Of a stretch of DNA of 64,000 bases, positions 1 to 10,377 are shown piece by piece. The translations under genes and the position numbers were made by a program. This DNA comes from an uncultured bacterium (GTDB taxonomy: Bacteria; Babelota; Babeliae; Babelales; Vermiphilaceae). Numbering within the stretch: the stretch's first letter is position 1; each line of letters begins with the position of its first letter. Where the stretch lies: NCBI GenBank assembly GCA_963703265.1, contig OY969806.1:722407-786406 (forward strand), written 5' to 3'. The notes below the pieces were generated by a model. The model saw nothing but the letters and a program-made list of their open reading frames with translations. It made no database searches and was not told the origin of the DNA.

Positions 1-1135
1 AGAGATATTTAATATTTTCTTGCGTGAATTGTGTATTGGTTTTGTTATTAAGATGGGCTATAACTGCATGTTTATAAGCTTCTGGATTAATAGCATTATA
101 TATAATAGTGTTTGTGTTCATTATTGAAAAGTATTTATCTGCCTTATCAAATTCATTGTTATGATAATAAAGTTCAGCCAATATGATATTTAAGTGGGAG
201 AAATCGGGATCGTCAGTGCTGAGAGTTGCCTGTTTTAATTTATTTATAATTGAATAAAATATTTGTTCTTGTGTTATGTTAAATAATATTTCTGATATGT
301 TAGTATACTCATTGAGGTTTTTTATAAATTTTTTTACTGCATCGTTAATTGATAATTCGGAATCTGCGTAATTTGCAAGAAAGAGGCATATTTCTTGTAT
401 TGCTAAATCGTCATTGGGGCATTTTTCGGTGAGTATAATATTTGCAGTTCGTTCTTTTTCAAGATTGGTAATTGATTGTAGAAAACGACATGTACAGAGT
501 ATATATGACGGAAGGTCTATAGTTGAATTTTTGCAGTTAATGATTTTTTTGTTGATATCGGTTGAAGAAAAAAAGCTTTTATTGCGTGTTGAAAGATCAA
601 CTAAAAAATCAAGGAGTCCAAAATTGCAAGAAATGGACTTTTTTTGAATATTTTTCCAGTCTTGATCATAGTTGCTATTCTCTTTAAGGTTATTGGCAAG
701 GTATTGTTTTATTTCTTTGATATGTAATAATCTGTCGATAAATCTTTCAAGTATGATTTTTTGGGCGTTAAGATTTCCTTTCTGTGCCATACAATAAAAA
801 ATATCAAGAATGTGTTCTTTTGCGTCATAGGCTTTTGGTGATTCTATTTTAGAAATTTTTCCAGAAGCCAATTTATTTTCATAATTTTTGAAAAGATTGA
901 TTATTTCCGCGTCTTGACCTTTTTTATAAAGCTTTATCATCTTATTCTCTAAAATGGTTATGACAAGATCGCTTGTTGGTGGACATTGAAAGGATATAAG
1001 TGGTTTTACTGAAATGTTGTTTATTGGAATCTTCTTTAATTGTTTTGCGTGTCGAATTATTTGGTTTGGGGGTATCATCCCAAAGGTTGGTATAAAAATA
1101 GTTAAAAGCAGCAGTTGGATTATATTTATTAACAT
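1..1135 (-). CDS. Large helical-repeat (TPR/Sel1-like) secreted protein, N-terminal part only. The 3' end lies beyond the window. Paralog of 1288..5991.
   Basis: Absent from the ORF track because it has no stop inside the window. Reading the minus strand from the ATG at 1133-1135 gives an open frame down to position 1 (MLINIIQLLLLTIFIPTFGMIPPNQ...EICLFLANYADSEL...ILAELYYHNNEFDKADKYF...). An in-frame stop lies upstream at 1172-1174. It is colinear with the first ~400 aa of the neighbouring 1567-aa protein (ELCLFLINYGDPTL, IIAELYYYDKNFMKAHEFF). Confidence 0.6.
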   Translation of the reverse strand, partial: MLINIIQLLLLTIFIPTFGMIPPNQIIRHAKQLKKIPINNISVKPLISFQCPPTSDLVITILENKMIKLYKKGQDAEIINLFKNYENKLASGKISKIESPKAYDAKEHILDIFYCMAQKGNLNAQKIILERFIDRLLHIKEIKQYLANNLKENSNYDQDWKNIQKKSISCNFGLLDFLVDLSTRNKSFFSSTDINKKIINCKNSTIDLPSYILCTCRFLQSITNLEKERTANIILTEKCPNDDLAIQEICLFLANYADSELSINDAVKKFIKNLNEYTNISEILFNITQEQIFYSIINKLKQATLSTDDPDFSHLNIILAELYYHNNEFDKADKYFSIMNTNTIIYNAINPEAYKHAVIAHLNNKTNTQFTQENIKYL

Positions 1136-1287
1136 ACAATAGCTTAATATAATGGGGTTTTTTATATTATTTTACAATAAGAGTATTAATTGCCTTATTA
1201 TATATTATTGTATTGAATGATTTCAGAATGTCAAAAATTATTAAAAAATTTCGGATTTATAATGGTTTTTTGCGCAGTGTAACTATT

Positions 1288-4200
1288 TCACAAAGAATTT
1301 TTCCATAATGGATGTGTAGAGAGGTCGATCTTGTTAATTTTTTTAAAAAAAGTATAAAAATCGTCGAGGTTAATTTTGGCTGCATGGATTGCATTTTTAA
1401 TTGCTGATAATAATGTTTGTGTAATTTCTTCTGGATGATTATTTTGAATTAAGCGATTCATGTAAATAAATAATGTATTTAAAAAGTAACCATCATGAAA
1501 TTTTTTTTGTTGATTATTTTTTGTCTCGACTAAGCCTTGATTAAGAGCGTTGACTAAGTGATTTCTTGAGGTTTCATAATTTTGTTTATAAGAGCTTGTT
1601 CCCATTAAAAAAATACACGCGAGTTTAATGGAAAGTAATGGATTTTTTGCGCTATCTATAGTTTTTGGTAAATTGTTCAAGGCTTGATTTTTATTGAGTT
1701 CATACGATTCTAGTGCTCTTTGTGCAATTGTTTTATTATTTTGATTATATTTAGTTTGAATCATTTTTTTTGTATAAGCATCATTAATAACGTGTCGTAA
1801 TATAGTTTCATATTCTTCAATAATTGCAATTGCTTCGTAGAAGTGAAGAAGAAGATCGCTATATCCTGAAATAGGTTCTTTATTTGTTTTTATATATTTG
1901 TTAATGAATGGTAAAAAATCGTTTTTGTTAATTGTTAAAGGTTTTTCTTTGAATAAAAGTAGCTCTCTTATATAGATGTCTCCAAGAGTATAACATGCGC
2001 TTAAATGATTAAGACATGCACTTTTTTTTAATAAATCGATATTTCGTATATGGGTTATTGATTTTTCTATACGTTCATATTTATAGTATGTTTCACTCAA
2101 CAAAAGTTGTATGATATTTTTGTAATAAGGCAGATGGAGATTGTTGACTAAAGCTTTAAGGACACTTTCAAAATATTTAATGGCAAGTTTTAATTTTTCT
2201 GCATTTTCGCTGCACATAAGCATAGAAGCAAAAATAATTGTAGCAATAATATTAAGAGGTAATTTGATACTACTATGTATGCATTCTTGTGCATATTTAT
2301 TAAATATATCATTACAGGAGTCGGTTATTTCTTGCATTAAAGAATATTTATCATTTATGTAAAATATGGGGATTTGTACTTTGCTGAACATGATAAGAGT
2401 GTCTTCAAATTCTTTAGTATCATGCTTACAATAATTGAGATAGATATAACATGCTGTCGCATAGCCTGCTTTGATGAGTGTTTGTAATTGTTGTATGAGA
2501 ATGTCAATTTCTTTTGTTTTTTTTATAGAATTATGATGGATAAGTTCTTTATGAACATAATAAAGAGCATCATATAAGAGTGTTGTGTTTATAGTTATAA
2601 TTGAATTAGAATGTTTTATTAAATAGGGTAGTAAAGCACGTTGAGCATCAATGTTTTCACCTTTAGCTGCGGTATAAAGATAGTTCAAAAGAAGTGATTT
2701 ATCGTAAGTGATTGTGGGGTTTTGATTATTATGCTGAAAGCATTCGTCAAAAGCAGCAAGGCAGCACCATTTTATAGCACTATCGGTAGTGATATTATCA
2801 TTAAGAATTTTTGCTGTATGTTCTTGTGTTTTTTCGATTGTATTAAAACGCAAATGTAAATTGTTTTTTTCATATAATTTGTATCGCATTTCAAAGCAGG
2901 TTATAGCATGATGGTAATCATTATCTTTAAAAGTGAAATCAAAAATAAAATTAAATGTATTCATTAATAGTGCATTGATGCCATCATTATCAATAGGCGA
3001 ATTTTCAATGAGTAGATATTTATTTATTTCATTAAGCGCATGGTCTGGTTGATTGAATTTACAATATATATAATTACGCATCATTAATATTTCCGGCAAT
3101 CTATAATTAATATTGAGTAAAATATTGGTATAGTGCATAGTTTGTTCATAATTTATATATTTTTCTTTGTGAGAGGAAGATAGTCCTGGAGCAATTCCAG
3201 AATATATTATTGCAAGTATTTCTTGTGCCATTGGCTCTTGGCTTTTGATTAAATATTCTATTGCTTTATCTATATCGAATGAAAATATTTCGGTGATTCC
3301 TTCTTGTGGTGGTATTTCCATCAGTGCTCCATGTAGATGACAATGTGCCATGAGAATAGCAGCATCTCCCGTTATTGTGCCATGTTCTTGAATGTTTTTT
3401 AAAAGAAGTTCTTGTGCTTCTTGTAAAAGTGTAATATCTCTTTTGCAAAGTATGATATATTTTGCTTTTTCATTACGAGCAAATTTGTTATTATACTGAG
3501 TTATTGCAATATCAAGAAGGCGAAAATGTTCATTTTCATCATCAATTTTAGAAAGAGCCCAGTTATAATAGAGTTCACTACAACATTTTTCTATGTTAGA
3601 TTTATCAGCAGGAGATAAATGGGGATTGTTAATGGCTGCATTAAAGTGAGAAATTGTTTTTTCATAGTGATGATAGATATCTTTTTGCGCGAATAATAAT
3701 TGCGCAATTTTATAATTAATGGATGGATTATAATATGTTGCATCCATTAGTTTATTATAGAATTGGGATTCATTAAGCGTTTTATTCCAGATATCGAGGT
3801 AAGAATTATTATTGGCAGTCAAATGGTCGTTGATAAAAAGTGTTAATAAAACGATATCAGTGGGCACTGATTCAAGTTCACCATAGTGTATGATTAGTTT
3901 ACGTGCAAATTCATAATGTTGTGGTGAAATAATAAAAAAATCTTTTGCAAGTAATGCTGCATGGGCAATAGTGTTTTTAATATGTTTCATAAATGTGTTA
4001 TTGTTTATTAGGCTTTTGTCAACTATCATTTTTTCCATGAGAATACACAGTTCTGCAGGTGATAAGGCTTTATTATGAGCGGTATAAATTTTGGTTTTAA
4101 GAAGCAGCATATTTTCAGGTACTGATTGCAATTGATCGATAAAATAATGTGCAATGCCGTATTTTTCATTTTTGAAGTAATAGAAAGCAAGTAGATATGA

Positions 4201-5991
4201 TATAGTTTCGCTTTTATTGTTTTTATTTGTTTTATAAGCTTGTTCGCAGTACGGAAGTAAGAGCGAAAAAAAGTGACGGAGAGCATATTTACGTAATATT
4301 TTTAAGTCGAAGGTATTGATTAATTCATTTTTTGTTAGGAGATTATTTATGCACTGTATTATATGAAAAATAAGAGAATTTTTTGTTATATAAAATTTTG
4401 GCATACATCTTTGTGCATTTTGTATGATGTTTATAATAACATCGTTTTGTTTATTGATTAATGCGTTATGTTTCATGACACGAATAATATATTCAAATGA
4501 ACTATAAATATCGTTATTGTTTTTATATATGGTAGCGCAAGCCATATTTAATTTTGCAGATAAGTTTCCTTCATAGCCTGAATATTTAAGATGATTTAAT
4601 GCGCTATTAATAAGTGATAGTTGTTGCTCAGTGGTTATTTTCATATATGATTTTTTGTTTAAAGCATGAATGAGCAATGCCATTTTATAGGATAGATTCT
4701 TATTTTTTTCTTTTGTTTCTAATAAAAAATTATACATACTATTAGGATTGTTTTTTGATTTATAGTTTTTATTAATGAGAGAAAAAAGATAGTCAATATT
4801 TTTATCAGTAAAACTTTCTGAATGTGCAACGCATGCATTAAAAGCATGTTTATAAATTTTTTGATTGATTGTATTGTCTAAGATAGTATTGACATTATTT
4901 TTTGAAAAGAATTCATGCGCTTTCATAAAATTTTTGTCATAATAATAAAGCTCGGCAATTATTATATATAAATTTGACAACTCTTTTTCATTGTTCGATA
5001 AAGTTGCGCTGTGCAATTTATGCAGAATTACATCGGTTAATGGTTCTTGTGTTATTCTACGCAAAAATTGTGATGGATTGTCTTGGTTCTTGATAGTATG
5101 TATAAATTTTTTTATTACATCATTAGGTAATAGCGTAGGATCTCCATAGTTAATAAGAAATAAACACAACTCTCTAATGTCTTGTTCTGTTTGTTCTGTG
5201 TTATATGTTTCTAAAAGATCGAAAAATCTTTTTTTTTCATCATCGGTGTGCGCTTGTAAATATCGACATACTTGTAAAATGTATTGGAGAGAAGGACTGC
5301 TTTGATTACGTATTTTTAAAAGTTTGTTAGTCAGTTCTTTTGAGGTAGCGATAGGTATATTTTTGGCGTGAAGTGTTAAAAGAAAAGTTAAATATTCAAA
5401 TGCGCATGAAATTATTTGTTTGTTTGCATTTTTTTGTTTTTCCAGGCTAATATTGCATCTATCTAAAAGCCTGTTAGATAGAATCAGTTGCGTGCTTATA
5501 TTTTTTTTAAAACTGTGTTTATACAATATATTTATCATTGATTCTTTAGCATTGTGTTTCTTTCTATCGTCTTTTGGAGAGCTTGTTTGTGGAGCAAATA
5601 ATGGCATATAATTGGTAATGGTTTTAGCTAACTGATCGCTATTATTATGTAAATCAAAATCAATAATTTTATGAGCTATTATTGTTGGAATGTGAAATAT
5701 AGGCGGTAGTGATTGAATGATAGTAGTTTTATGGATGGTGCAGGGGCAGATCCATTCTTCATACAATGTATCGGCAAGCATTGAATGAATAGATTGTTGA
5801 TATTTTTCATTATTAGTATTTATTTTTATGCCAAATGAGCGAGGAAAGTTTTGTGGTAGTGGAAGAATAATTGGATGTTTTGATGCAAGTGAATGTTGAT
5901 CCATTGCGCATATTGTTAGAGAGAAGTTAAAAAAAACTGCGAGGCGGATTATAGTTATAATGGTACGATTTTTTGTTTGTATTAATCGCAT
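1288..5991 (-). CDS. Giant (1567 aa) all-helical repeat protein with an N-terminal signal/anchor. Function unknown.
   Basis: Single uninterrupted 4.7-kb ORF. Hydrophobic N-terminus (IITIIRLAVFFNFSLTICAMDQ). Recurrent TPR/Sel1-like Y/F/A-rich helical pairs. Internal plus-strand ORFs are short and low-complexity. Confidence 0.75.
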   Translation of the reverse strand: MRLIQTKNRTIITIIRLAVFFNFSLTICAMDQHSLASKHPIILPLPQNFPRSFGIKINTNNEKYQQSIHSMLADTLYEEWICPCTIHKTTIIQSLPPIFHIPTIIAHKIIDFDLHNNSDQLAKTITNYMPLFAPQTSSPKDDRKKHNAKESMINILYKHSFKKNISTQLILSNRLLDRCNISLEKQKNANKQIISCAFEYLTFLLTLHAKNIPIATSKELTNKLLKIRNQSSPSLQYILQVCRYLQAHTDDEKKRFFDLLETYNTEQTEQDIRELCLFLINYGDPTLLPNDVIKKFIHTIKNQDNPSQFLRRITQEPLTDVILHKLHSATLSNNEKELSNLYIIIAELYYYDKNFMKAHEFFSKNNVNTILDNTINQKIYKHAFNACVAHSESFTDKNIDYLFSLINKNYKSKNNPNSMYNFLLETKEKNKNLSYKMALLIHALNKKSYMKITTEQQLSLINSALNHLKYSGYEGNLSAKLNMACATIYKNNNDIYSSFEYIIRVMKHNALINKQNDVIINIIQNAQRCMPKFYITKNSLIFHIIQCINNLLTKNELINTFDLKILRKYALRHFFSLLLPYCEQAYKTNKNNKSETISYLLAFYYFKNEKYGIAHYFIDQLQSVPENMLLLKTKIYTAHNKALSPAELCILMEKMIVDKSLINNNTFMKHIKNTIAHAALLAKDFFIISPQHYEFARKLIIHYGELESVPTDIVLLTLFINDHLTANNNSYLDIWNKTLNESQFYNKLMDATYYNPSINYKIAQLLFAQKDIYHHYEKTISHFNAAINNPHLSPADKSNIEKCCSELYYNWALSKIDDENEHFRLLDIAITQYNNKFARNEKAKYIILCKRDITLLQEAQELLLKNIQEHGTITGDAAILMAHCHLHGALMEIPPQEGITEIFSFDIDKAIEYLIKSQEPMAQEILAIIYSGIAPGLSSSHKEKYINYEQTMHYTNILLNINYRLPEILMMRNYIYCKFNQPDHALNEINKYLLIENSPIDNDGINALLMNTFNFIFDFTFKDNDYHHAITCFEMRYKLYEKNNLHLRFNTIEKTQEHTAKILNDNITTDSAIKWCCLAAFDECFQHNNQNPTITYDKSLLLNYLYTAAKGENIDAQRALLPYLIKHSNSIITINTTLLYDALYYVHKELIHHNSIKKTKEIDILIQQLQTLIKAGYATACYIYLNYCKHDTKEFEDTLIMFSKVQIPIFYINDKYSLMQEITDSCNDIFNKYAQECIHSSIKLPLNIIATIIFASMLMCSENAEKLKLAIKYFESVLKALVNNLHLPYYKNIIQLLLSETYYKYERIEKSITHIRNIDLLKKSACLNHLSACYTLGDIYIRELLLFKEKPLTINKNDFLPFINKYIKTNKEPISGYSDLLLHFYEAIAIIEEYETILRHVINDAYTKKMIQTKYNQNNKTIAQRALESYELNKNQALNNLPKTIDSAKNPLLSIKLACIFLMGTSSYKQNYETSRNHLVNALNQGLVETKNNQQKKFHDGYFLNTLFIYMNRLIQNNHPEEITQTLLSAIKNAIHAAKINLDDFYTFFKKINKIDLSTHPLWKNSL

Positions 5992-6152
5992 GAGATTGCA
6001 TTATCTCTTAAAAATTCTTCTTTTTTTGATAATAATGTACGGAATATTTTAGTCATAGTCAAAATAGTTAAACATTTTAATTTTTGTTATACTTGTTTAT
6101 GACAATTTTTTTTATGTTTCAGTGCACATTTTTTAGCTTACAAAGGGTGTTC

Positions 6153-7388
6153 ATGATTGATCTTATGTTGCTTAGAGAGAACCCTGAACGTATTATAGAT
6201 GCGCTCAGCAAAAAAGATCCTCATTATGATATAGCGCGATTGATAACTTTAGATAAGAAACTGCGAGTTGTCAAAAATGAAGTAGAAGCGCTGCGATGCA
6301 GTAAAAATGAACTTGCCAAGCAAGGAAAATCTGGCATAACACAAGAATTACGCGAAAAATCAATTGCTATTAATAATGAAATTAAAGAAAAAGAGAAAGA
6401 TCTTGAATCGTTAGAGCATGAATTTAATGAGCATTATCTTGCATGTCCAAATATTTTGCTTGATGAGGTTCCTGCAGGAAATAAAGAAGAAAATGTGGTG
6501 GTATCTGTTTTTGGTGAAAGGCCAACTTTTTCTTTTACGCCAAAAAATCATCTTGAATTGGGTGAAAAATTAGGATGGCTTGATTTTCAAACAGCCGCAA
6601 AAATTGCTGGTGCTGACCTTGCTCTTTATAAAGGAGAAGGTGTTGCACTGCTTTTTTCTTTGGCCATGTTTATGTTAAAGCATAATCGTTCACATGGGTT
6701 TAATTTTGTGCTTCCATCATTGTTGGTCAATGAAACGTCATTAGAAACTACGGGTAATTTCCCTAAATTTAAAGATCAAGTTTTTGCAGTCCCCAGTGAT
6801 AATTTTTTTCTGACACCAACATCAGAGGTGAATCTAACGAATATATATCGTGATCATATTTTTGCAGGAATTGATCTGCCAGTGCGTATGACAGCATTCA
6901 CGAGCTGTTTTAGAAGAGAAGGTGGCGCATATGGTTCAAGTGAGCGTGGGCTTATTCGGATGCGCCAATTTGAAAAAGTAGAAATTGTATCAATGTGTGC
7001 TCCAGCAAATTCTGAACAAGAACATCAACGCATGCTAGCATGCGCGGAAGGTATTTTGCAGGCTTTGGGATTGCATTATCGTGTGATGTTACTTGCAGGT
7101 CAGGATGCGTCATGGGCTTCCGCAAAAACATATGATTTGGAAGTATGGTTACCGGGGCAAAATGAGTATAAAGAAGTTTCTTCAGTCAGTAATTGCACTG
7201 ATTTTCAGGCACGTAGAGGGCATATTAGATTTAAAGATCGACCTGAAAGTAAAACTGAGCTTGTTCATACCTTAAATGGTTCTTCTTTAGCATTGCCGCG
7301 ATTAATGGTAGCTTTGATGGAAACGTATCAACAGACTGATGGAACAATAGCGATTCCTGAGCTGTTGAAAAAAGAAGGATTGTTTTAA
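6153..7388 (+). CDS. serS: Seryl-tRNA synthetase
   Basis: MIDLMLLRENPE... N-terminal coiled-coil arm. Class II core motifs (FRREGGAYG, RMRQFEKVE, GSSLALPR). Start moved to the ATG at 6153, preceded by AAGGG. The 23-aa extension in the track is hydrophobic junk. Confidence 0.95.
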   Translation: MIDLMLLRENPERIIDALSKKDPHYDIARLITLDKKLRVVKNEVEALRCSKNELAKQGKSGITQELREKSIAINNEIKEKEKDLESLEHEFNEHYLACPNILLDEVPAGNKEENVVVSVFGERPTFSFTPKNHLELGEKLGWLDFQTAAKIAGADLALYKGEGVALLFSLAMFMLKHNRSHGFNFVLPSLLVNETSLETTGNFPKFKDQVFAVPSDNFFLTPTSEVNLTNIYRDHIFAGIDLPVRMTAFTSCFRREGGAYGSSERGLIRMRQFEKVEIVSMCAPANSEQEHQRMLACAEGILQALGLHYRVMLLAGQDASWASAKTYDLEVWLPGQNEYKEVSSVSNCTDFQARRGHIRFKDRPESKTELVHTLNGSSLALPRLMVALMETYQQTDGTIAIPELLKKEGLF

Positions 7389-7933
7389 TGGAAATTAAAT
7401 CTTTTTGTATAGTCTTATCGCAGTGGCTTCCTCTATTTGTGTTCTTATTATTTGCACGATTTTATGAAATGACAGATGATTTGTGGCGACAGGCATTTTA
7501 TGTTAGTAGCATGTGTGCTTTTGTGGTTATTGCTTTTTTACTGTATAAAAAAGTTATTATTGATCGTTTACGGTTTGGGATTAATTTATTTTTAATTGCT
7601 GGATCATGTGCTTTTTTAACTGAGTCAGAATCAGTTTTACGTTTTTTTGAGATGTATAAAGGTGTGGCTTTTTTTGGAGGGATTGTTCTTGTTGGTATAA
7701 TTACTACTTTTTTTTCTTCATATGGTTTTGTTGGTGTTTCAGTTATCAATAAACAGAAGTTAAAAAAGAGTTCGCTCATACTTTTGGGGACAGCAATTGT
7801 GGCATTAGTTTGGTCGTTTTTTATGAATGATTATGGAACTCTTGTCTCAATAGTGGTTCCTTTTGTGGGGTTAAGGCTTTTAAGAAAAAGTTTAATTGAT
7901 TCATTGATAAATCAGTCTGATAGTAAATTATAG
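7388..7933 (+). CDS. Polytopic membrane protein, unknown function
   Basis: The ATG overlaps the serS stop (TAATG). About 5 hydrophobic helices. Confidence 0.6.
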   Translation: MEIKSFCIVLSQWLPLFVFLLFARFYEMTDDLWRQAFYVSSMCAFVVIAFLLYKKVIIDRLRFGINLFLIAGSCAFLTESESVLRFFEMYKGVAFFGGIVLVGIITTFFSSYGFVGVSVINKQKLKKSSLILLGTAIVALVWSFFMNDYGTLVSIVVPFVGLRLLRKSLIDSLINQSDSKL

Positions 7934-7939
7934 ATTTTT

Positions 7940-8830
7940 ATGATAAAAAAAAAGAATGTAATTTCACCTGAAGTTGTAAATAAAATAAAGCAACTTGAGA
8001 TTTTCACGAGACGCTTACTTAATGGATCATTAGTTGGTGATAGTCGTTCTGCAATTAAAGGCACTGGGTTTGAATTTGATCAGATTCGTGAATATAATTG
8101 TGGTGATGATATTCGTTTTATTGATTGGAAGGCATCTGCGCGTAATGATAAGCTGCTTTTAAAACAATATGTTGAAGAGCGTAGCAGAACAATTTTTTTA
8201 GTAGTTGATGTATCGCATTCAACTATTTTTGGCTCTGGTTTGAACAATAAATATAGCCGTATTATTGAACTTGCAAGTGTATTGGCATTGGTTGCTCAGC
8301 ATGGTAAAGATCGTGTTGGTCTTTTGCTATTTTCTGATAAGGTTGAAGAATTTATACCGCCAGGAAGTAGTTTGCGTCATATTCATTATGTCATTGAACA
8401 CATGTTTACTTTTAAGCCATCTGTATCTAAAACTGATATATCACAGGCATTAAAGCATTTGTTAACGATTAAAAAAAGTGACGCGATTGTATTTCTTATT
8501 TCGGATTTTATTGATGAGACATTAGATACATATCTTACGCAAGCAGCACGTAGATATGATTTGATTGCCGTGCGCTGCTTGGATAGTAATGAAATGTCAG
8601 TGCCTGCGGTTGGTTTTATTATGGTAGAAGATTTAGAAACGGGTGAAGTGGTTGAACTAGATCTACGTAATACGCGCAATAATAATGTTAAAAAATTTTT
8701 AACTGAGCGTATTAATAAACAAAATAAGTTATTGAGGCGTTGTGGTGTTGATCTTGTTGATGTATCTCCCGAAAGAGATGATTATTTAGCTGATATGATT
8801 AAGTTTTTTAGGCGTCGTATGATGTATTAA
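7940..8830 (+). CDS. DUF58 (vWA-like, MoxR-associated) protein
   Basis: GxGxEFxxxReYxxGDDxRxIDWKASAR motif (GTGFEFDQIREYNCGDDIRFIDWKASAR), followed by a vWA-like region. Confidence 0.8.
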   Translation: MIKKKNVISPEVVNKIKQLEIFTRRLLNGSLVGDSRSAIKGTGFEFDQIREYNCGDDIRFIDWKASARNDKLLLKQYVEERSRTIFLVVDVSHSTIFGSGLNNKYSRIIELASVLALVAQHGKDRVGLLLFSDKVEEFIPPGSSLRHIHYVIEHMFTFKPSVSKTDISQALKHLLTIKKSDAIVFLISDFIDETLDTYLTQAARRYDLIAVRCLDSNEMSVPAVGFIMVEDLETGEVVELDLRNTRNNNVKKFLTERINKQNKLLRRCGVDLVDVSPERDDYLADMIKFFRRRMMY

Positions 8831-8839
8831 ATAGATATT

Positions 8840-9355
8840 ATGAAAATAAATGAAAAAACTGGTTTATACGAAAATTATGGTCTATGGCATGTGCCATTTT
8901 GGCAAACAGAAAAATTTCAATTGATGGTTAAAGTAAGTTGTGCGGTTTTAGTCTTGTTTGTCATAGCATTGCTTATCAAAAAATATTATGATTATCAAAA
9001 AAGAAAAAAGCGTTCTGTGTGGGATCAAGCATTATTTGATTTATATCAGCTAAAAAATGATCATAAGATTTCAGCAGAGCATGGTAAAGAATTTTATCTT
9101 GTTGTCTCAGCAGTATTAAAAAAATATTTATATCAGCGTTTTGACTATGATGTTGTGGGTAAAACTGATAGTGAAGTATTACATTATTTAAAAGAATGTA
9201 ATGCTGATAAGGATATTCTTGTAGAGCTTGAAATATTGTTGCAAGGCGGTGTTATCATTAAATTTGCAAATGCTCAAGCTGCGCAAGAACAGGTTGAAAA
9301 CGATTATATGCGTGCTATTGCGATAATTCAAAGAACTATTCCAATAAAGAAATAA
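8840..9355 (+). CDS. Single-pass membrane protein, possibly DUF4381-like (Bat-operon type)
   Basis: Sits immediately after the DUF58 gene. W-rich N-terminus (LWHVPFWQ), then a TM helix, then a K/R stretch. The family call is from memory only. Confidence 0.45.
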   Translation: MKINEKTGLYENYGLWHVPFWQTEKFQLMVKVSCAVLVLFVIALLIKKYYDYQKRKKRSVWDQALFDLYQLKNDHKISAEHGKEFYLVVSAVLKKYLYQRFDYDVVGKTDSEVLHYLKECNADKDILVELEILLQGGVIIKFANAQAAQEQVENDYMRAIAIIQRTIPIKK

Positions 9356-9438
9356 AATTTGATATTTTTTAAAATTTCAAGCAGTCTTATATGTGCATTA
9401 AAGTGTTTAAAATCTATATATTCTATGAAAGGTTTTTG

Positions 9439-9792
9439 ATGAATATAAAAAATTTAATGATGGCAATTTTGATGATGAGTACGGTATTAACTCCGTTTGT
9501 CGTGCAAGCAGGTGATAAGGGAGAGTTAAAGCTTGGCACAACAATTCTTGTTGGACTTGCTGCTGCGCCATATCTAGTTGCTGGAGGTTTTGTATTGGTG
9601 GGTGGAGGGATTGTAGGAGGAGGACTTCTTGGTGGTACTGTTGCTGGAATGATCAAAGGAGGATTTCTGGCAGGTTTTGGTGGAATGGTAACAGGAGGAG
9701 TAGTAGGCGGTGTTGGGACTATTGCCACTTTATATGCATTTATTAATAGAACTGATTCGTCAGAAAATAATAATAAAAAAAATACTAATTAA
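9439..9792 (+). CDS. Secreted/membrane glycine-zipper protein
   Basis: MNIKNLMMAILMMSTVLTPFVVQAG signal followed by long GxxxG/GG runs. Start placed at the ATG at 9439 because its upstream context (gaaaggttttt-ATGAATATAAAAAAT) matches the paralog at 9821. Confidence 0.6.
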   Translation: MNIKNLMMAILMMSTVLTPFVVQAGDKGELKLGTTILVGLAAAPYLVAGGFVLVGGGIVGGGLLGGTVAGMIKGGFLAGFGGMVTGGVVGGVGTIATLYAFINRTDSSENNNKKNTN

Positions 9793-9820
9793 TTTGTTTA
9801 TTTTTTAGAAAGGTTTTTTT

Positions 9821-10134
9821 ATGAATATAAAAAATATACTATTTTCGATGTTTATTATGAGCGCAGCATTCACTAATCATATTGCGGTAGCTGGAGTTTC
9901 TCCAAATATGTTAGAGGGTTTAGATAAGGTGGCAGCAGCATCAGCGGGAGGATTGTTAGGAATGGGGGTAGTGGGTACGATGGGATTTGCAAAAGGAGGG
10001 GCAGTAATTGGTGGATGGATCGGCGGCACTTTGGGAGCTATTCTGGAGCAGCTGTTGGTGGTGTAGGAGGAGCCAGCCTTGGATGGATGGGCATGGTAGT
10101 AGGAAAGGCGTTTTATAATGAGTTTAAACGATAA
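9821..10134 (+). pseudogene. Glycine-zipper paralog with an apparent -1 frameshift near 10030-10036
   Basis: The frame from 9821 stops at 10066 (…GGTLGAILEQLLVV*). The -1 frame continues in family style (SYSGAAVGGVGGASLGWMGMVVGKAFYNEFKR*) to 10134. The switch point lies at the ttt-ggg run. Confidence 0.45.
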
Positions 10135-10168
10135 AAAATAATTTTAATTGCAAGAAATATTGATAGCG

Positions 10169-10195
10169 ACCGGCTAACATGTTAGCCGGTTTTTT
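10169..10195 (+). terminator. Rho-independent terminator
   Basis: ACCGGCTAAC-at-GTTAGCCGGT perfect stem followed by TTTTT. Confidence 0.6.
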
Positions 10196-10207
10196 ATTAT
10201 TTCAAAA

Positions 10208-10377
10208 TTATTTTGCAAATTGATCTTCATATAATCGTTTAATTTCATGATCAGTTGTTGCTTCATGCGCACTTTTATCTAATCGATAATCCATAAAACG
10301 TGGAAAGCGTAGTGCATATCCTAAATTTTTAGTAGTTTTGCCAGCGCTGTGTAGTGGTGATAGAGTAATTTCATCAG
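10208..10377 (-). pseudogene. Relic copy of the last ~55 codons of the ATP-dependent DNA ligase gene
   Basis: About 170 nt that align with 11993..12159, with roughly 90-95% identity by eye. Encodes ...LSPLHSAGKTTKNLGYALRFPRFMDYRLDKSAHEATTDHEIKRLYEDQFAK*. There is no upstream ligase body. Confidence 0.8.

Noticed and set aside
6084-6152. N-terminal extensions offered by the ORF track for serS, and likewise for the ligase (13760..13876), gatC (46308..46343), MIOX (53545..53601), IS3 orfA (57808..57846) and 61839..61934
   Set aside because: The extensions are hydrophobic or low-complexity and lack an RBS, or they overlap neighbouring genes. Internal ATGs align with the conserved family N-termini.
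9423-9728. 101-aa Pro-rich ORF on the minus strand
   Set aside because: It is the antisense reading of the Gly-rich (GGN) gene at 9439..9792. CCN codons are a mirror artefact.
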